A stretch of DNA of 64,000 bases from Deltaproteobacteria bacterium (GCA_033763315.1 JANRKS010000007.1:288001-352000), one strand, 5' to 3'; shown: positions 39,766 to 50,003, numbered from the stretch's first letter. Notes: generated from the sequence alone by a model not told the origin. A program made the numbers and translations.

Positions 39766-40908
39766 TCAGTCCTTGAGCACGGAGGCCGCGATCACCAGGC
39801 GCTGAATTTCGCTGGTGCCTTCGTAAATCTCCGTGATCTTGGCGTCACGGAAGTGCCGTTCAACGGGGAAATCAGCCAAGTAGCCATACCCTCCAAACAC
39901 CTGCACCGCTTCTTTGGCCACGCGGTTTGCGACTTCGGCCGCAAAGACTTTGGCCATGGCGGCTTCTTTGCTGAATTTGCCGCCCTCGTCTTTGACGGTG
40001 GCCGCGCGCCACAGCAACATGCGCGCCGCATCAATGTCCGTGGACATGTCAGCGAGCTTGAACTGAATCGCCTGATGCTCAGCGATGGGCTTGCCGAACG
40101 TTTTGCGTTCCACGGCGTACTTGGTGGCCGCCTCGAATGCCGCTTGGGCAATGCCCACCGCCTGCGCGGCGATGCCAATGCGGCCGCCGTCCAAAGTTGA
40201 CATGGCGATCTTGAAGCCATCGCCTGGCGCGCCCAACATGGCGGAGGCCGGCAGCCGGCAGTCATCGAAGAACACCTGCGACGAATGGGCGCCGCGAATG
40301 CCCATCTTGTCGTCGGGCGGCCCCACGGTGACACCCTTGGCGTTCGTCGGAACCAAGAACGCGGAGATCCCATGATGTTTTTTCGCGGCGTCCGTGGTGG
40401 CAAACACCAACACCACGTCTGCCTTTGGTGCATTCGTGATGAAATTCTTCGTGCCGCTTAGGACCCAGGTGTCGCCGTCTAAACGCGCGGACGTTTTTTG
40501 CGCAGCCGCGTCCGAGCCCGCTTCGGGTTCTGACAGCGCATAGCAACCCAACTTCTTGCCGGTCGCCAGCGGCACAAGCCATTCGGCCTTTTGCGCGTCG
40601 GTGCCGTATTTCACCAGCGGATCGCACACCAGCGAGTTGTTGACGGACATGATCACGCCCGTGGACGCGCACGCCTTGCAGATCTCTTCGAGTGCCAGAA
40701 CGTAGCTGACGGCATCCATGCCAGCGCCACCCCAGGCTTCGGGCACCGCGACGCCCATAAGACCCAGATCGCCCATCTTCGCAATGAGATCGCTTGGGAA
40801 GCGATGCTCTTTATCGATGCGCGCCGCTTGTGGCGCCACTTCCTTTTGCGCGAAATCGCGAGCGGTGTCGCGAATCAACTTTTGCTCGGGCGTAAGCTCC
40901 AGATCCAC
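39766..40908 (-). CDS. acyl-CoA dehydrogenase (short/branched-chain type)
   Basis: ALSEPEAGSDA, GTKNFITN, KMGIRG, R.TFGKPI..HQAIQFKLADM, EIYEGTSEIQR. Confidence 0.95.
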   Translation of the reverse strand: MDLELTPEQKLIRDTARDFAQKEVAPQAARIDKEHRFPSDLIAKMGDLGLMGVAVPEAWGGAGMDAVSYVLALEEICKACASTGVIMSVNNSLVCDPLVKYGTDAQKAEWLVPLATGKKLGCYALSEPEAGSDAAAQKTSARLDGDTWVLSGTKNFITNAPKADVVLVFATTDAAKKHHGISAFLVPTNAKGVTVGPPDDKMGIRGAHSSQVFFDDCRLPASAMLGAPGDGFKIAMSTLDGGRIGIAAQAVGIAQAAFEAATKYAVERKTFGKPIAEHQAIQFKLADMSTDIDAARMLLWRAATVKDEGGKFSKEAAMAKVFAAEVANRVAKEAVQVFGGYGYLADFPVERHFRDAKITEIYEGTSEIQRLVIAASVLKD

Positions 40909-40988
40909 GTGTAGATCCTACCACGACGCGGCGCCAACGTCGTGGGCGGCCGCTATGTTAAGGGCCACCCACGCCGCAGACCAGACGC

Positions 40989-41747
40989 TTACAACGCGCG
41001 AATTTTCACGTTGCGGAACCACACGTGGTTGCCGTGGTCTTGCAACACGATGCGCCCGGTTTTGCGCAAGCCATAGTCGGGCATGCCCGAGAACTTGCTG
41101 GCCGCCACTTGAGCCTTCCAGCCATCGCTCCACAACGTATATGACACCACCTTCTTGCCGTTGAGCCAATGATCCACGTGATCGCCTTTCACAACCAGCT
41201 TGGCGGTGTTCCATTGACCCACGGGGTTCAAGGTCTTGCCCTCGGGCGGATCAAGCGCGTAGTTGGCGCCCGCCGATGTTTTGGGGTTCTTCCCGTCGCC
41301 GTGGCGCTCGTCATCGAGGATCTGCATCTCGGGCCCGGTCTCCCACGGAAACTTGTGGTCTTCCGTGACATGAAAGAACACGCCGCTGTTGCCGCCTTCG
41401 GAGATCTTCCAGTCCAACGACAGTTCAAAGCTGGCGTAGTCGTCGTCAGTGACGAGGTCGGCGCCCTTTTCGGCCCACGCGATCGTACCGTCTTCGACCT
41501 TCCACTGGGTCACGGGAGTTCCGGCGTTGTTGTAAGGATGCCAGCCGGTGAGGGTCTGGCCGTCGAACAACAGCTTCCAGCCTTCGGCACTCTCAGACGC
41601 ACTGAGGGTGTTGGGACCTGTCGGTTCAGCGGCTGGCGTGGCCACAGACGCCACCGGGCCGGGGGTGGGCTTTTGGCAACCAGCCGCACCCGCCAAAAAC
41701 ATCATCACGGACGCCGAAAGTCCGAATCCTACCAAACACTGACGCAT
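40989..41747 (-). CDS. DUF1080 (3-keto-disaccharide hydrolase/lyase family) lipoprotein
   Basis: Lipobox AAGC; GW.LLFDG..L.GW, FEL.LDWK..GNSGVF, EMQILD, GQWN, G.I.LQDHG.V.FRN.KIR. Confidence 0.9.
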   Translation of the reverse strand: MRQCLVGFGLSASVMMFLAGAAGCQKPTPGPVASVATPAAEPTGPNTLSASESAEGWKLLFDGQTLTGWHPYNNAGTPVTQWKVEDGTIAWAEKGADLVTDDDYASFELSLDWKISEGGNSGVFFHVTEDHKFPWETGPEMQILDDERHGDGKNPKTSAGANYALDPPEGKTLNPVGQWNTAKLVVKGDHVDHWLNGKKVVSYTLWSDGWKAQVAASKFSGMPDYGLRKTGRIVLQDHGNHVWFRNVKIRAL

Positions 41748-41914
41748 TGCTTTCTCCTGTGAAGTGGTGCAGCCGGATCGCCCGGTTCTGCGGCAAGGGC
41801 GGATACTTCCGCGAATCGTGTCGCGTCGTCAACGGCAGGCCGTGACGTAGATGGCTAGGATTGCGTGCGATTGGCAAGTTGCTACAAAGCGCTCGCCCTG
41901 ACATCTTTTGCATA

Positions 41915-42448
41915 ATGGCCATTCGCCCCATCCTCCGCTTCCCCGACCCCAAGCTTCGGGAAACCTCGCTGCCCGTGACGGCTTTTGGCGAGGCCTTGGC
42001 GCCTTTGATCGCTGACATGACCGAGACCATGCTCGATTCCGAGGGCGCTGGCTTGGCGGCGATTCAAGTGGGCGTTCCCTTGCGCTTGTTCATCGTGGAT
42101 GGGCACGTCGCAGGCGGCCCCGAAGACGCGCCTCCGCTCGTGTTCGCCAACCCCGAGATCTTGTCCATTTCGGACGAAGCGCAAACGGGTGACGAAGGCT
42201 GCTTGTCGTTCCCAGGCGTGTTCGTGCCCGTCAAACGCGGCATGAAAGCCACGATTCGCGCACAAAACGCGGCAGGCGAACCGTTTGAAATGGAGGGCGT
42301 CGAAATCGTCGCGCGCGCTTTCCAGCACGAAACGGATCATCTTAACGGTCGACTGCTCATTGATATGGTTGGTCCCGTCAAGCGCGAGATCATCAAGCGC
42401 AAGATGCGCAAAGAAGCCGCGTTGGCGGCGGCCGAAGCGGCTGAATGA
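41915..42448 (+). CDS. def: peptide deformylase
   Basis: GAGLAAIQVG, EGCLSFP, QHETDHLNG. Confidence 0.96.
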   Translation: MAIRPILRFPDPKLRETSLPVTAFGEALAPLIADMTETMLDSEGAGLAAIQVGVPLRLFIVDGHVAGGPEDAPPLVFANPEILSISDEAQTGDEGCLSFPGVFVPVKRGMKATIRAQNAAGEPFEMEGVEIVARAFQHETDHLNGRLLIDMVGPVKREIIKRKMRKEAALAAAEAAE

Positions 42449-42470
42449 ATCGAGTCAACCGGAACATTTT

Positions 42471-42824
42471 ATGGCGTCAATTCTCGTGTCTCGCATCACG
42501 TTCGTTGGTCACCACGGCGTGAGTGCCGCCGAGCGCGTGGACGCGCGACGTTTTGAAGTGGATGTGGAGCTGCAAGCAGAAGTGCACGCCGCGGAACGCA
42601 GCGATCGCTTGGGGGACACGCTCGATTACACCGAGATCGCTGACATCATCGTGGGCATCGGCACAGGCGCTTCGCACCACTTGATTGAGGCCTTGGGTCG
42701 CAAAATGTTGGACGCGCTTTCCGAGCGCTTTCGCAACACGCACATCAAGCTTGAGTTGCGTAAACTTTCGCCCCCCGGCTGCCCGGGCGATCCGGCATTC
42801 GCGGCCGTGCGGCTTGAGAACTAG
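42471..42824 (+). CDS. folB: dihydroneopterin aldolase
   Basis: GHHGV..AER...F.VD, SD.L.DTLDY, LIE.L, K..PP. Confidence 0.9.
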   Translation: MASILVSRITFVGHHGVSAAERVDARRFEVDVELQAEVHAAERSDRLGDTLDYTEIADIIVGIGTGASHHLIEALGRKMLDALSERFRNTHIKLELRKLSPPGCPGDPAFAAVRLEN

Positions 42825-42857
42825 TTCGCCTTCCTTTCGCTTCGCGATGCACCAGCC

Positions 42858-44033
42858 ATGGTTGTGACCTTGCCTCCGTCCGCGGCGAACCTCGCGTGGG
42901 CGCAAAAGCGTTGGCGACAAAGCGGTGTCACAGCGCCGGCGGTGGCGGCATGTTTGGGGGGGGCCGCGGACGCCCTTACCCTAGCCGATCGCTTGCCTCT
43001 TTGGCTGTGGCGCACACGCGAACCAACGGCTTTCGCGGCGCTTGTGCGCCTGTTCGTGTTGGGGCAACCGGTGGGCGTTGCGTGGCTCACAAGCGCTTTG
43101 CCCGATGCTTTTGCCTGGGAAAAGCGTGGGCTTCTGCAAGTGCGTGGCAAGCAGGCCCACGCCACATTGGCGCTTAGCTTTCATGACGGGTTCGAGATTG
43201 TGGCCGACGTAGAACCGCGCAGTGCAAACGACGAACGTGAGCACGTTATGGGTGTCACGAGCGCGAGCCAAACATTGCAACGCTGCCTCATGCCCGGCAC
43301 CTACAAGCAAGCGCTTGACGTGGGCACAGGCTCAGGCGTGGTGGCGTTGGCCTTGGCCTCGCAGTGTCGCAACGTGCTTGGCACCGACATCAACAGGCGC
43401 GCTCTCGCCTTCGCACGGTTGAATGCAAAGCTCGTGGGCGCAACAAACATCCGCTTCGCCCGAACGAGCTTGTTTAAAGGCCTGCCCCAGAACCATTTCG
43501 ATTTGATCGTGGGCAACCTGCCGTTTGTGATCTCGCCTGAACAGCGTTTCGTTTACCGCGACGGGGGCCTGCCCTTGGACGCGTTCAGTGCCACCGTGGT
43601 TGGGCAGGCGGCACTGCACTTACGGCCGGGAGCGCACGCGCAATTCCTGGTGCAATGGGTTCACCCACGCGAGCCGCTCGCGGACGCACAAGAACGCGAA
43701 GAGGAGCGCTTGGCCAGTTGGGTGGCCGACAGCGCTTGCCACCTATTGGCTTTGCGGTTTCGTGCGCAGAAAGTGGAAGACTACGCGCTGGAATGGTCAC
43801 GAGGGCCGTTCGCCGCAACACCGGCCGCCGCGGTGAAACGATTCGACGCTTGGATGCGCTTTTACGAACGCCACAACATCGCCGCGGTAAGCACGGGGCT
43901 CATCGTCTTGCAGCGCCTGCGAGATCCAAGCCGCGAACGGCCGTGGCTGGCGGTGCAAGATTGGCCCACGCCCGAAGGGCCCTGCGGCGCCGACATCGCG
44001 GCACAACTTGCCGAAATCGCAGCCAGCCTTTAA
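42858..44033 (+). CDS. class I SAM-dependent methyltransferase (HemK/MTS-like)
   Basis: ALDVGTGSG, TDIN.RAL.FA..N, FDLIVGNLPFVISP, YRDGG. Confidence 0.85.
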   Translation: MVVTLPPSAANLAWAQKRWRQSGVTAPAVAACLGGAADALTLADRLPLWLWRTREPTAFAALVRLFVLGQPVGVAWLTSALPDAFAWEKRGLLQVRGKQAHATLALSFHDGFEIVADVEPRSANDEREHVMGVTSASQTLQRCLMPGTYKQALDVGTGSGVVALALASQCRNVLGTDINRRALAFARLNAKLVGATNIRFARTSLFKGLPQNHFDLIVGNLPFVISPEQRFVYRDGGLPLDAFSATVVGQAALHLRPGAHAQFLVQWVHPREPLADAQEREEERLASWVADSACHLLALRFRAQKVEDYALEWSRGPFAATPAAAVKRFDAWMRFYERHNIAAVSTGLIVLQRLRDPSRERPWLAVQDWPTPEGPCGADIAAQLAEIAASL

Positions 44034-44042
44034 CCCGCGGGT

Positions 44043-44408
44043 TCAGCTTTGGACTTTTTCAGGTTTGGTTTTCGCCCGGCGCGCCCGGCGGGCTTTCTGT
44101 TTGCGGCGCTTCGCCGCTTCGAGTGACTGTGGATCCGTGCCGCTGCCTTGCGCGGCTTCAATCCGATCACATAACAAACGCCGGGCAAAAAATCGGTTCA
44201 TACCCTGCGAGCGATCCTTTTGGCATTTGACGGCGATGCCCGTGGGCTTGTGAACCAACACCACGCACGAGGCAACCTTGTTCACGTTCTGGCCGCCGTT
44301 GCCACCCGAGCGCACGAAGCATTCCTCAAGATCCCCGTCGCGTATGCCGAGCGCGGCCATCCGCACGCGGAGGGCCTCATTTTTTTCGGGAGACACAGGA
44401 AACATCAC
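44043..44408 (-). CDS. stand-alone RF-1 domain peptidyl-tRNA hydrolase (GGQ; ArfB/C12orf65-like)
   Basis: [29 protein letters not shown], basic C-terminal tail. Confidence 0.88.
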   Translation of the reverse strand: MMFPVSPEKNEALRVRMAALGIRDGDLEECFVRSGGNGGQNVNKVASCVVLVHKPTGIAVKCQKDRSQGMNRFFARRLLCDRIEAAQGSGTDPQSLEAAKRRKQKARRARRAKTKPEKVQS

Positions 44409-44429
44409 CCCGCCTCCCTCGGGCCGCCG

Positions 44430-44807
44430 CTAAGGGCGCTCGGATTCTTCGTCTTCGCTTGCGACCACATCGTCCCAGAAGAGGTCCCAGGATTCACTTG
44501 TGGAGGTCAGGGCGATGGCGAGGCCCGCGTTGGCCAGGCCGCGGCCGGCTTCACCCAGGCTTGTAAAACAACGCACAACCACGCCAACGGCCAAGATAGG
44601 CTCACCCTTGGGGCCCGTGACTTTGATGCGCAATAAAGTGCCAGTGGGGCGCAGCTCCGGTGTGGCAGCGAACAGACCGCCGCGGCTCACGTCGACGGTG
44701 CGCGCGGGGAACTTGTGTCGCCCGTCCGTGATTTCGAGACGCACCTGAATGGGATTGCGCCTCGATGCGCGACGATCTTGTGCACTTTGTGATGACATCT
44801 GACGCAT
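44430..44807 (-). CDS. single-domain PilZ protein
   Basis: RRASRR (RxxxR) and DVSRGG (DxSxxG). Confidence 0.8.
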   Translation of the reverse strand: MRQMSSQSAQDRRASRRNPIQVRLEITDGRHKFPARTVDVSRGGLFAATPELRPTGTLLRIKVTGPKGEPILAVGVVVRCFTSLGEAGRGLANAGLAIALTSTSESWDLFWDDVVASEDEESERP

Positions 44808-44864
44808 TTTCCCGAGCTCCTGCCCTACCGCTATCCCTCGACACAGTGAGCGGAGGAATTAAGG

Positions 44865-44882
44865 ACTTTGTCCTGACAAAGT
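44865..44882. promoter_or_regulatory. palindromic operator-like site upstream of the PilZ gene
   Basis: ACTTTGTC-CT-GACAAAGT, a perfect AT-rich inverted repeat. Confidence 0.4.
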
Positions 44883-44954
44883 GACCGGCGCAACTTCCAA
44901 AGGCTGTGTGCACCCGGGCCATGGGGCATATGGCGCGGCACGCGGCAGCCGTCT

Positions 44955-45857
44955 TTACGCGTCAGCGCTGTCGCCCAAGACGCTGGTTAAAAACGCCTTC
45001 GCGTCGTCGGTCCAAACGTCGCCAAACGCCTGAGCGTAGACGACGGCTTCCTCTTTGGACCCGGCAATGGCGGCAGCAGGGTTGTCGACGCGGCGACGCA
45101 CCTGACCTAAAATCGCGCGACCCATATAGGGATTGGACTGGTGGGCAGATTCGAGGCTGGCGGCGGCCGCCGTTTTATCGCCGGTCAGGAACTGCGCCAG
45201 TGCCAAACCAACGTGAGCGCGCGCGGCCGCGGTCGGGAACGTGGCGGCGGCCTGCAGCAGGGGCACCGCCTCCGCCGGACGCTCGAGTTTCACCAAGGCC
45301 TTGGCGGCCACCAACCGGGCCTCTGTGCCCACAGCGCCGTCGTCGATCGCGTAGACATTGGCCAGCGTGGATGCGGCTTTCTCGAACTCACCATCGTCGA
45401 ACGCCAAGCACCCTAGCGCGTGGCTGGCGCGGATATAGGGCTGTGCATCGGGGCGTGTGAAGGCATCTTTGACGCCCTCTTCTTTGAGCTTCGTCGCAAC
45501 GTCATGTTGCTTGGCGATGGCCAGGTTGAATCGTTCGACCGCCGCGTCTTTTTCGCCCTGCGAGAGTTTCGACATGCCAACGCCCACAACGGCATCCACA
45601 AGTTCTGGATCGAGGGCCAAAGCCTCGCTGAATTTCTTCTCGGCCGCGCCGGGACGCCGCTGCTCAAACAAGCGCCAGCCGGCCAGCAACACCGCGCGCG
45701 CGTTGGGCGCTTCGGCGACCGGCGCCGTGGCGGCTTCGTCATCGCGGAGGTGGCATTTCTTATACTTCTTGCCGGAACCGCAGGGACAAAGGTCGTTGCG
45801 GCCGGCGGACGAAAGGCGTTGTTTGGCGGATTGCGGGGCAGCTTGTTCGAGTGTCAT
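44955..45857 (-). CDS. SEC-C motif plus TPR protein
   Basis: [18 protein letters not shown] followed by TPR-like helices. Confidence 0.85.
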   Translation of the reverse strand: MTLEQAAPQSAKQRLSSAGRNDLCPCGSGKKYKKCHLRDDEAATAPVAEAPNARAVLLAGWRLFEQRRPGAAEKKFSEALALDPELVDAVVGVGMSKLSQGEKDAAVERFNLAIAKQHDVATKLKEEGVKDAFTRPDAQPYIRASHALGCLAFDDGEFEKAASTLANVYAIDDGAVGTEARLVAAKALVKLERPAEAVPLLQAAATFPTAAARAHVGLALAQFLTGDKTAAAASLESAHQSNPYMGRAILGQVRRRVDNPAAAIAGSKEEAVVYAQAFGDVWTDDAKAFLTSVLGDSADA

Positions 45858-45900
45858 GGTGGCTCCGAGGGAGGCACACCATAGCATCACTTGCGGCCGT

Positions 45901-46638
45901 TTATCGAGGCCGCGTCGGGCCCATCTTGTTCACTTCATTTTGCAAAGTGGCCAAGGTGTTCTTATCGACTTCTGTGAGGCGAATGCCCAAACGCTTTTCG
46001 TGTTTTGCCACAACCTTGCCTTTGCCGTTGAACAAGACACGTCCATCGAGGCTCACGATCGCGACGTCGTAAAGGGTGCCAAGCGGCACATCTTCCACGC
46101 CGGGAACCACGAAACCGCCGAGGCGAATGTTCAAGAGCGGGTTGTAAACGAAGTAGCCAGCGGTGGCCGGATTGACCTGGATCTGCAGGGTACGACCCGC
46201 GAACACCACGCCATCGGCGATGGGCGTGGCGCCGCTGAGTCCGATGAGCGCGTCGACGGCTGAAGGATCCGTAAGCTCGGGCGCCACCGTGGGCCGTTTG
46301 CCCTCGCGCGTGTTCACTTCAACGATGCGCTCAATGAGCGCCCGGGTGGGCTCGTCCACTTGCACGAACCGCACGCCCACGCCTGGTGGGTTCACGCTTT
46401 GGCGCACCACTTCGGCCATGCCTTTGAGCAACGCAAAGCCGTCCGCCAAGGAAAACTCGAACTCCATCAAGCTGCCCACATCGGCAAGCTCACGCGTGGC
46501 GATGAACATGCCGGAACGGCTGATGTTCGCCGATTGCGTTTCAACAAAATCGATGATGCTTGCAAAGCGAAAGCGAACGGGGGCAATCACGCCAGCGCGA
46601 GGATCCCGAGAGGGGCCTGTGTAGGGTTGATCGGCCAT
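45901..46638 (-). CDS. myxobacterial PilZ (TIGR02266-like) protein, probably two PilZ-like domains
   Basis: F....[18 protein letters not shown]...G.G.RF; second domain NIRLGGFVV...LGIRL. Confidence 0.75.
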   Translation of the reverse strand: MADQPYTGPSRDPRAGVIAPVRFRFASIIDFVETQSANISRSGMFIATRELADVGSLMEFEFSLADGFALLKGMAEVVRQSVNPPGVGVRFVQVDEPTRALIERIVEVNTREGKRPTVAPELTDPSAVDALIGLSGATPIADGVVFAGRTLQIQVNPATAGYFVYNPLLNIRLGGFVVPGVEDVPLGTLYDVAIVSLDGRVLFNGKGKVVAKHEKRLGIRLTEVDKNTLATLQNEVNKMGPTRPR

Positions 46639-46668
46639 TCGCCGCCTTGTCCGTGTGGGCTCGAGTGC

Positions 46669-46941
46669 TTAGGGAGAGGGGGGAACAAATTCAGCCGGCA
46701 ATTTACCGCCATCGCCGAAAAAGAACTGCTCGGCCTGTTCAAGCAAGATCTGTTGCCCTTGCGGCGAAGTTAGATCCAGACGGTATTCATTAACGATCTT
46801 CTTCGAGAACTCCACCCACTGCATCCAAGCTTGTTGGGAGATGCCATCGTAGATTCGTTGCCCCAGTTCGTTGTTGAAGGGCTTGTAGGCCATGCCTGGC
46901 AATTCCTGACCAAGCTTCGCGCATTTTACAATTCGTGGCAT
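46669..46941 (-). CDS. yggX: Fe(II)-trafficking/oxidative damage protection protein
   Basis: V.C.KL..E..G...P...LGQRIY..IS..AW..W.....VNEYRL. Confidence 0.9.
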   Translation of the reverse strand: MPRIVKCAKLGQELPGMAYKPFNNELGQRIYDGISQQAWMQWVEFSKKIVNEYRLDLTSPQGQQILLEQAEQFFFGDGGKLPAEFVPPSP

Positions 46942-47039
46942 GAACGTTCTGTGCTCCCGGCGCGGTGAATAGCTGCGCCGTCACACAGAGTGGCAGGCCC
47001 AAGACGAGGACGCAAGCCAGCGCAAAACCAACAAAAAAA

Positions 47040-47121
47040 GGTCCCGGACACCCGTGCGGCTGATTACCGTTGCTCCCTTCCGGGCCTGGCGGGGTTCGCC
47101 AGCGTTACGCCGCCCGGGACC
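47040..47121 (-). ncRNA. ffs: signal recognition particle RNA (4.5S)
   Basis: Minus strand GGTCCCGG...GAACCCCGCCAGGCCCGGAAGGGAGCAACGG...CCGGGACC: helix-8 motif with GGAA tetraloop and paired ends. Confidence 0.93.
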
Positions 47122-47222
47122 AACGGTATTACTGTCATGAAAAGCGCCGCTTCGCCAGCACCGGCTTCGCGTTTTTGCGGTTCGAGGGGAGGCTTGCCCC
47201 CCAAGAAAAACCACGCACGCCT

Positions 47223-47310
47223 TGGAGGAGAGAGAGGGATTCGAACCCTCGGAACCTCACGGTTCACACGATTTCCAATCGTGCGCCTTCGACCACTCGG
47301 CCACCTCTCC
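47223..47310 (-). tRNA. tRNA-Ser(GGA), CCA encoded
   Basis: GGAGAGG acceptor, CACGA-TTGGAAA-TCGTG anticodon arm, long variable arm GAACC-GTGA-GGTTC, GTTCGAAT, TCTCTCC-T-CCA. Confidence 0.96.
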
Positions 47311-47350
47311 GGGCAAACTCCACCCGCCGCTACATATTCATTTTTTTTTG

Positions 47351-47438
47351 AGGAGAGGGAGGGATTCGAACCCTCGTTGGGCGTAAACCCAAACCTGATT
47401 TCGAATCAGGCGCCTTCGACCAGCTCGACCACCTCTCC
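47351..47438 (-). tRNA. tRNA-Ser(CGA), CCA not encoded
   Basis: GGAGAGG acceptor, CCTGA-TTCGAAA-TCAGG, long variable arm TTGGG..CCCAA, GTTCGAAT, CCTCTCC-T. Confidence 0.96.
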
Positions 47439-47543
47439 AGGTTTCGAGACACGAACGTATGCCCCGCAAGGGGCCCTGCCGTCAAGGCCCTGCGTGCATG
47501 CGCCGGTGGGATCTTCGCGTGGGAAGAGCTAGCATGCGCCCCC

Positions 47544-48953
47544 ATGACAGCTTTCGGCACCCTCGTTCGTGCACGTCTCACCCTGATCCTATCCACTTTC
47601 ACCGCCGCGGCTGCAGCCACGCCGGCGATGGCGCAACCCGCGGCCCAGCCAGCCGTGACGTCAGTGAGCCCGCTAAGGGTGGAAGTCACCTTCGACCACG
47701 CCAATTGGACGTACGCGCTTGGTGAATCTGCCCGATGCACGGCGCGCGCCCTGCGCGATGGCAGCCCCGTGGTGGGCACCAAGCTGCACTACAGCGTGGG
47801 CTACGAGAAGATGCCGCCGCTACAAACGGGCGACATCGCGATGAATGAAACGGGCGTCACGTTTGAAACGGGCCCCATCGCATCCCCTGGATTCATCGCA
47901 TGCGAAGTCGAAGCCGAAATTGGCGGACGCACCTATCGGGGGCATGCGGCGGCGGGGTTCGCGCCAGAACAACTGCGCCCCACCGTTGAAGATCCGAAGG
48001 ACTTCGATGCCTTTTGGCAGGCGGGCAAGGCACAGCTGGCAAAGTTGCCGCTCGACGCGCGTGTGACGCCCGCGCCAGAACGCAGCGCCGCCGGCGTGGA
48101 CTGCTTCTCTGTGAATCTGCAAAACGTGGGGCAAGGAAAAGGCGGCAGTGATGGCAAAGGGCCAACGCCAAGCCGCTTTTACGGAATCTTGTGCGAGCCC
48201 CAAGGGCGTGGGCCGTTCCCGGCTTTGTTGCTCGTGCCCGGCGCGGGCATTCGGTCCTATAAAGGCGCCGCCGACATTTCAGCCAAGGGCATCATCACGT
48301 TGCAAGTGGGCATTCACGGCATACCCGTAAACTTGGAAGATGAAGTTTACGACTCGCTCGGCAAAGCGGGCCTGCAGAACTACCCGCTCATCCACAGCGA
48401 AGACAAAGACAACTACTACTACCGGCGGGTGTACCTGGGCGCCGTGCGCGCGAACGATTTCCTGGTGCAGCGGCCGCGCTGGGACAAAGCGCACCTGGGC
48501 GTGATGGGCGGCAGCCAAGGCGGCGCCTTGGCGATCACAACGGCCGCGCTAGACAAGCGTGTGACCGCTTTGGTTTCCTATTATCCAGCGCTTTCTGATC
48601 ACACAGGCTTTCTCAAGGGCCGCACCGGAGGGTGGCCTTTCTTATTGCGGCCAGAGCCGATGCGTACGCCCGCACGCATCGAAACGCTGGCTTACTACGA
48701 CGTGGTTAACTTCGCGCGCCGGGTGATTGCGCCAGGATTTTACTCATGGGGCTATAACGATGAGACATGCCCGCCCACGTCTACGTTCGCGGCATTTAAT
48801 GTCATCAAGGCGCCCAAAACGTTGACGTTGGCGCTGGCCAATGGCCACTTCACCACACCCGAGCAATCGGCGCAGGCGGAAGAATGGTTGTGGGCGCGTT
48901 TTGGCCTGGCCACCAAGCGGCCCAATGTGGCGGTCAAGGGGGCAAAGCCATGA
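47544..48953 (+). CDS. secreted acetyl xylan esterase (AXE1/CE7-like)
   Basis: Signal peptide, [28 protein letters not shown] nucleophile elbow, D.TCPP, GH. Confidence 0.88.
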   Translation: MTAFGTLVRARLTLILSTFTAAAAATPAMAQPAAQPAVTSVSPLRVEVTFDHANWTYALGESARCTARALRDGSPVVGTKLHYSVGYEKMPPLQTGDIAMNETGVTFETGPIASPGFIACEVEAEIGGRTYRGHAAAGFAPEQLRPTVEDPKDFDAFWQAGKAQLAKLPLDARVTPAPERSAAGVDCFSVNLQNVGQGKGGSDGKGPTPSRFYGILCEPQGRGPFPALLLVPGAGIRSYKGAADISAKGIITLQVGIHGIPVNLEDEVYDSLGKAGLQNYPLIHSEDKDNYYYRRVYLGAVRANDFLVQRPRWDKAHLGVMGGSQGGALAITTAALDKRVTALVSYYPALSDHTGFLKGRTGGWPFLLRPEPMRTPARIETLAYYDVVNFARRVIAPGFYSWGYNDETCPPTSTFAAFNVIKAPKTLTLALANGHFTTPEQSAQAEEWLWARFGLATKRPNVAVKGAKP

Positions 48954-49369
48954 AGTACCTGCACACGATGATCCGGGTGTCGAACATTGAGGCATCGTTG
49001 CGCTTCTTCTGCGAGGGCCTCGGCCTGCGGGAGGTGCGGCGCAAGGAGTCCGAAAAAGGCCGCTTCACGTTGATCTTTTTGGCCGCGCCCGGCGATGACC
49101 ACGCCGAGGTGGAGCTGACGTACAACTGGGATCCGGAGGCCTATACGGGGGGACGCAACTTCGGTCATCTTGCTTACGAAGTGCCTGACGTTTACGCGGC
49201 TTGCGAACGCCTGCAGAAGATTGGCGTGGTTATCAACCGCCCTCCGCGTGATGGCCGCATGGCTTTCGTGCGCTCGCCGGATTTAATATCGATCGAGCTG
49301 CTTCAGCAAGGCGGCGCTTTGCCACCGCAAGAGCCGTGGGCGTCGATGCCGAACCAAGGGGTCTGGTGA
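48950..49369 (+). CDS. gloA: lactoylglutathione lyase (glyoxalase I)
   Basis: [42 protein letters not shown]. Confidence 0.9.
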   Translation: MKYLHTMIRVSNIEASLRFFCEGLGLREVRRKESEKGRFTLIFLAAPGDDHAEVELTYNWDPEAYTGGRNFGHLAYEVPDVYAACERLQKIGVVINRPPRDGRMAFVRSPDLISIELLQQGGALPPQEPWASMPNQGVW

Positions 49370-49920
49370 AACGCCTTATTTCGTATTTCCTCCGCGGTGT
49401 GGTTTTCATCGCGCCGATCGGCCTCACGCTGTGGATGTTGTTGGGCACCGTGGCCGCCGTGGATGGCTGGGCGCGCACGCAGCTCGGGCTGCCATTTCCC
49501 GGCATGGGCGTGGTCATCACGGTGGCATTCGTCACGTTCGTGGGCTTCTTGGCGTCGAACTTTTTGACGAAGCGCTTGGTTGCCACGTTCGAGCGTCTGT
49601 TCGATCGGCTGCCACTCGTGAAACTGCTACATGGCTCGCTCAAAGACGTGTTCAATGCGTTTGTCGGCGACAAACGGCGCTTCGATAAGCCCGTGGTGGT
49701 GAACCTCAACAGCGAAGGTTCAGTCAAGGCGTTGGGCTTCGTGACCCGAACCGATCTGCGCGAATACTTGGTGGAGGATTTTGTAGCCGTCTACTTTCCT
49801 CAGGCTTACAACTTTGCTGGCCAAGTGGTGCTGGTGCCTGCGTCCGCTGTTCAGGCGCTGCCGATGGCGTCATCGGACGTGATGACGTTCATTGTGTCAG
49901 GCGGCATCTCGGGCAAATAG
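49366..49920 (+). CDS. DUF502 membrane protein
   Basis: FL.G.....PI..T, two TM segments, PLVK.L...KD, GFVT, VAVYFP, FIVSGG. Confidence 0.85.
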   Translation: MKRLISYFLRGVVFIAPIGLTLWMLLGTVAAVDGWARTQLGLPFPGMGVVITVAFVTFVGFLASNFLTKRLVATFERLFDRLPLVKLLHGSLKDVFNAFVGDKRRFDKPVVVNLNSEGSVKALGFVTRTDLREYLVEDFVAVYFPQAYNFAGQVVLVPASAVQALPMASSDVMTFIVSGGISGK

Positions 49921-49960
49921 AAAACCCCTCGCTTCTTGCAACAGCGCAAGAAGCGAAGGG
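49921..49960 (-). terminator. intrinsic terminator for hsp20 (possibly bidirectional)
   Basis: TCGCTTCTTGC-AACAGC-GCAAGAAGCGA stem; TTTT follows on the minus strand. Confidence 0.65.
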
Positions 49961-50003
49961 TGACGAGTCCAGTAACGCAGCAGTGGCGCTGCACCGGGTC
50001 ACA

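Noticed and set aside
42858-44033. Calling this gene prmC/hemK
   Set aside because: It has NLPF rather than NPPY, lacks a recognisable PrmC N-terminal domain, and has long extra regions.
46663-46672. GAGTGCTTAG as a CIRCE element
   Set aside because: Only an imperfect half-site, with no partner arm and no chaperone gene adjacent.
47223-47438. tRNA-anchored genomic island or prophage
   Set aside because: No integrase and no duplicated tRNA 3' end seen; downstream genes are ffs and yggX.
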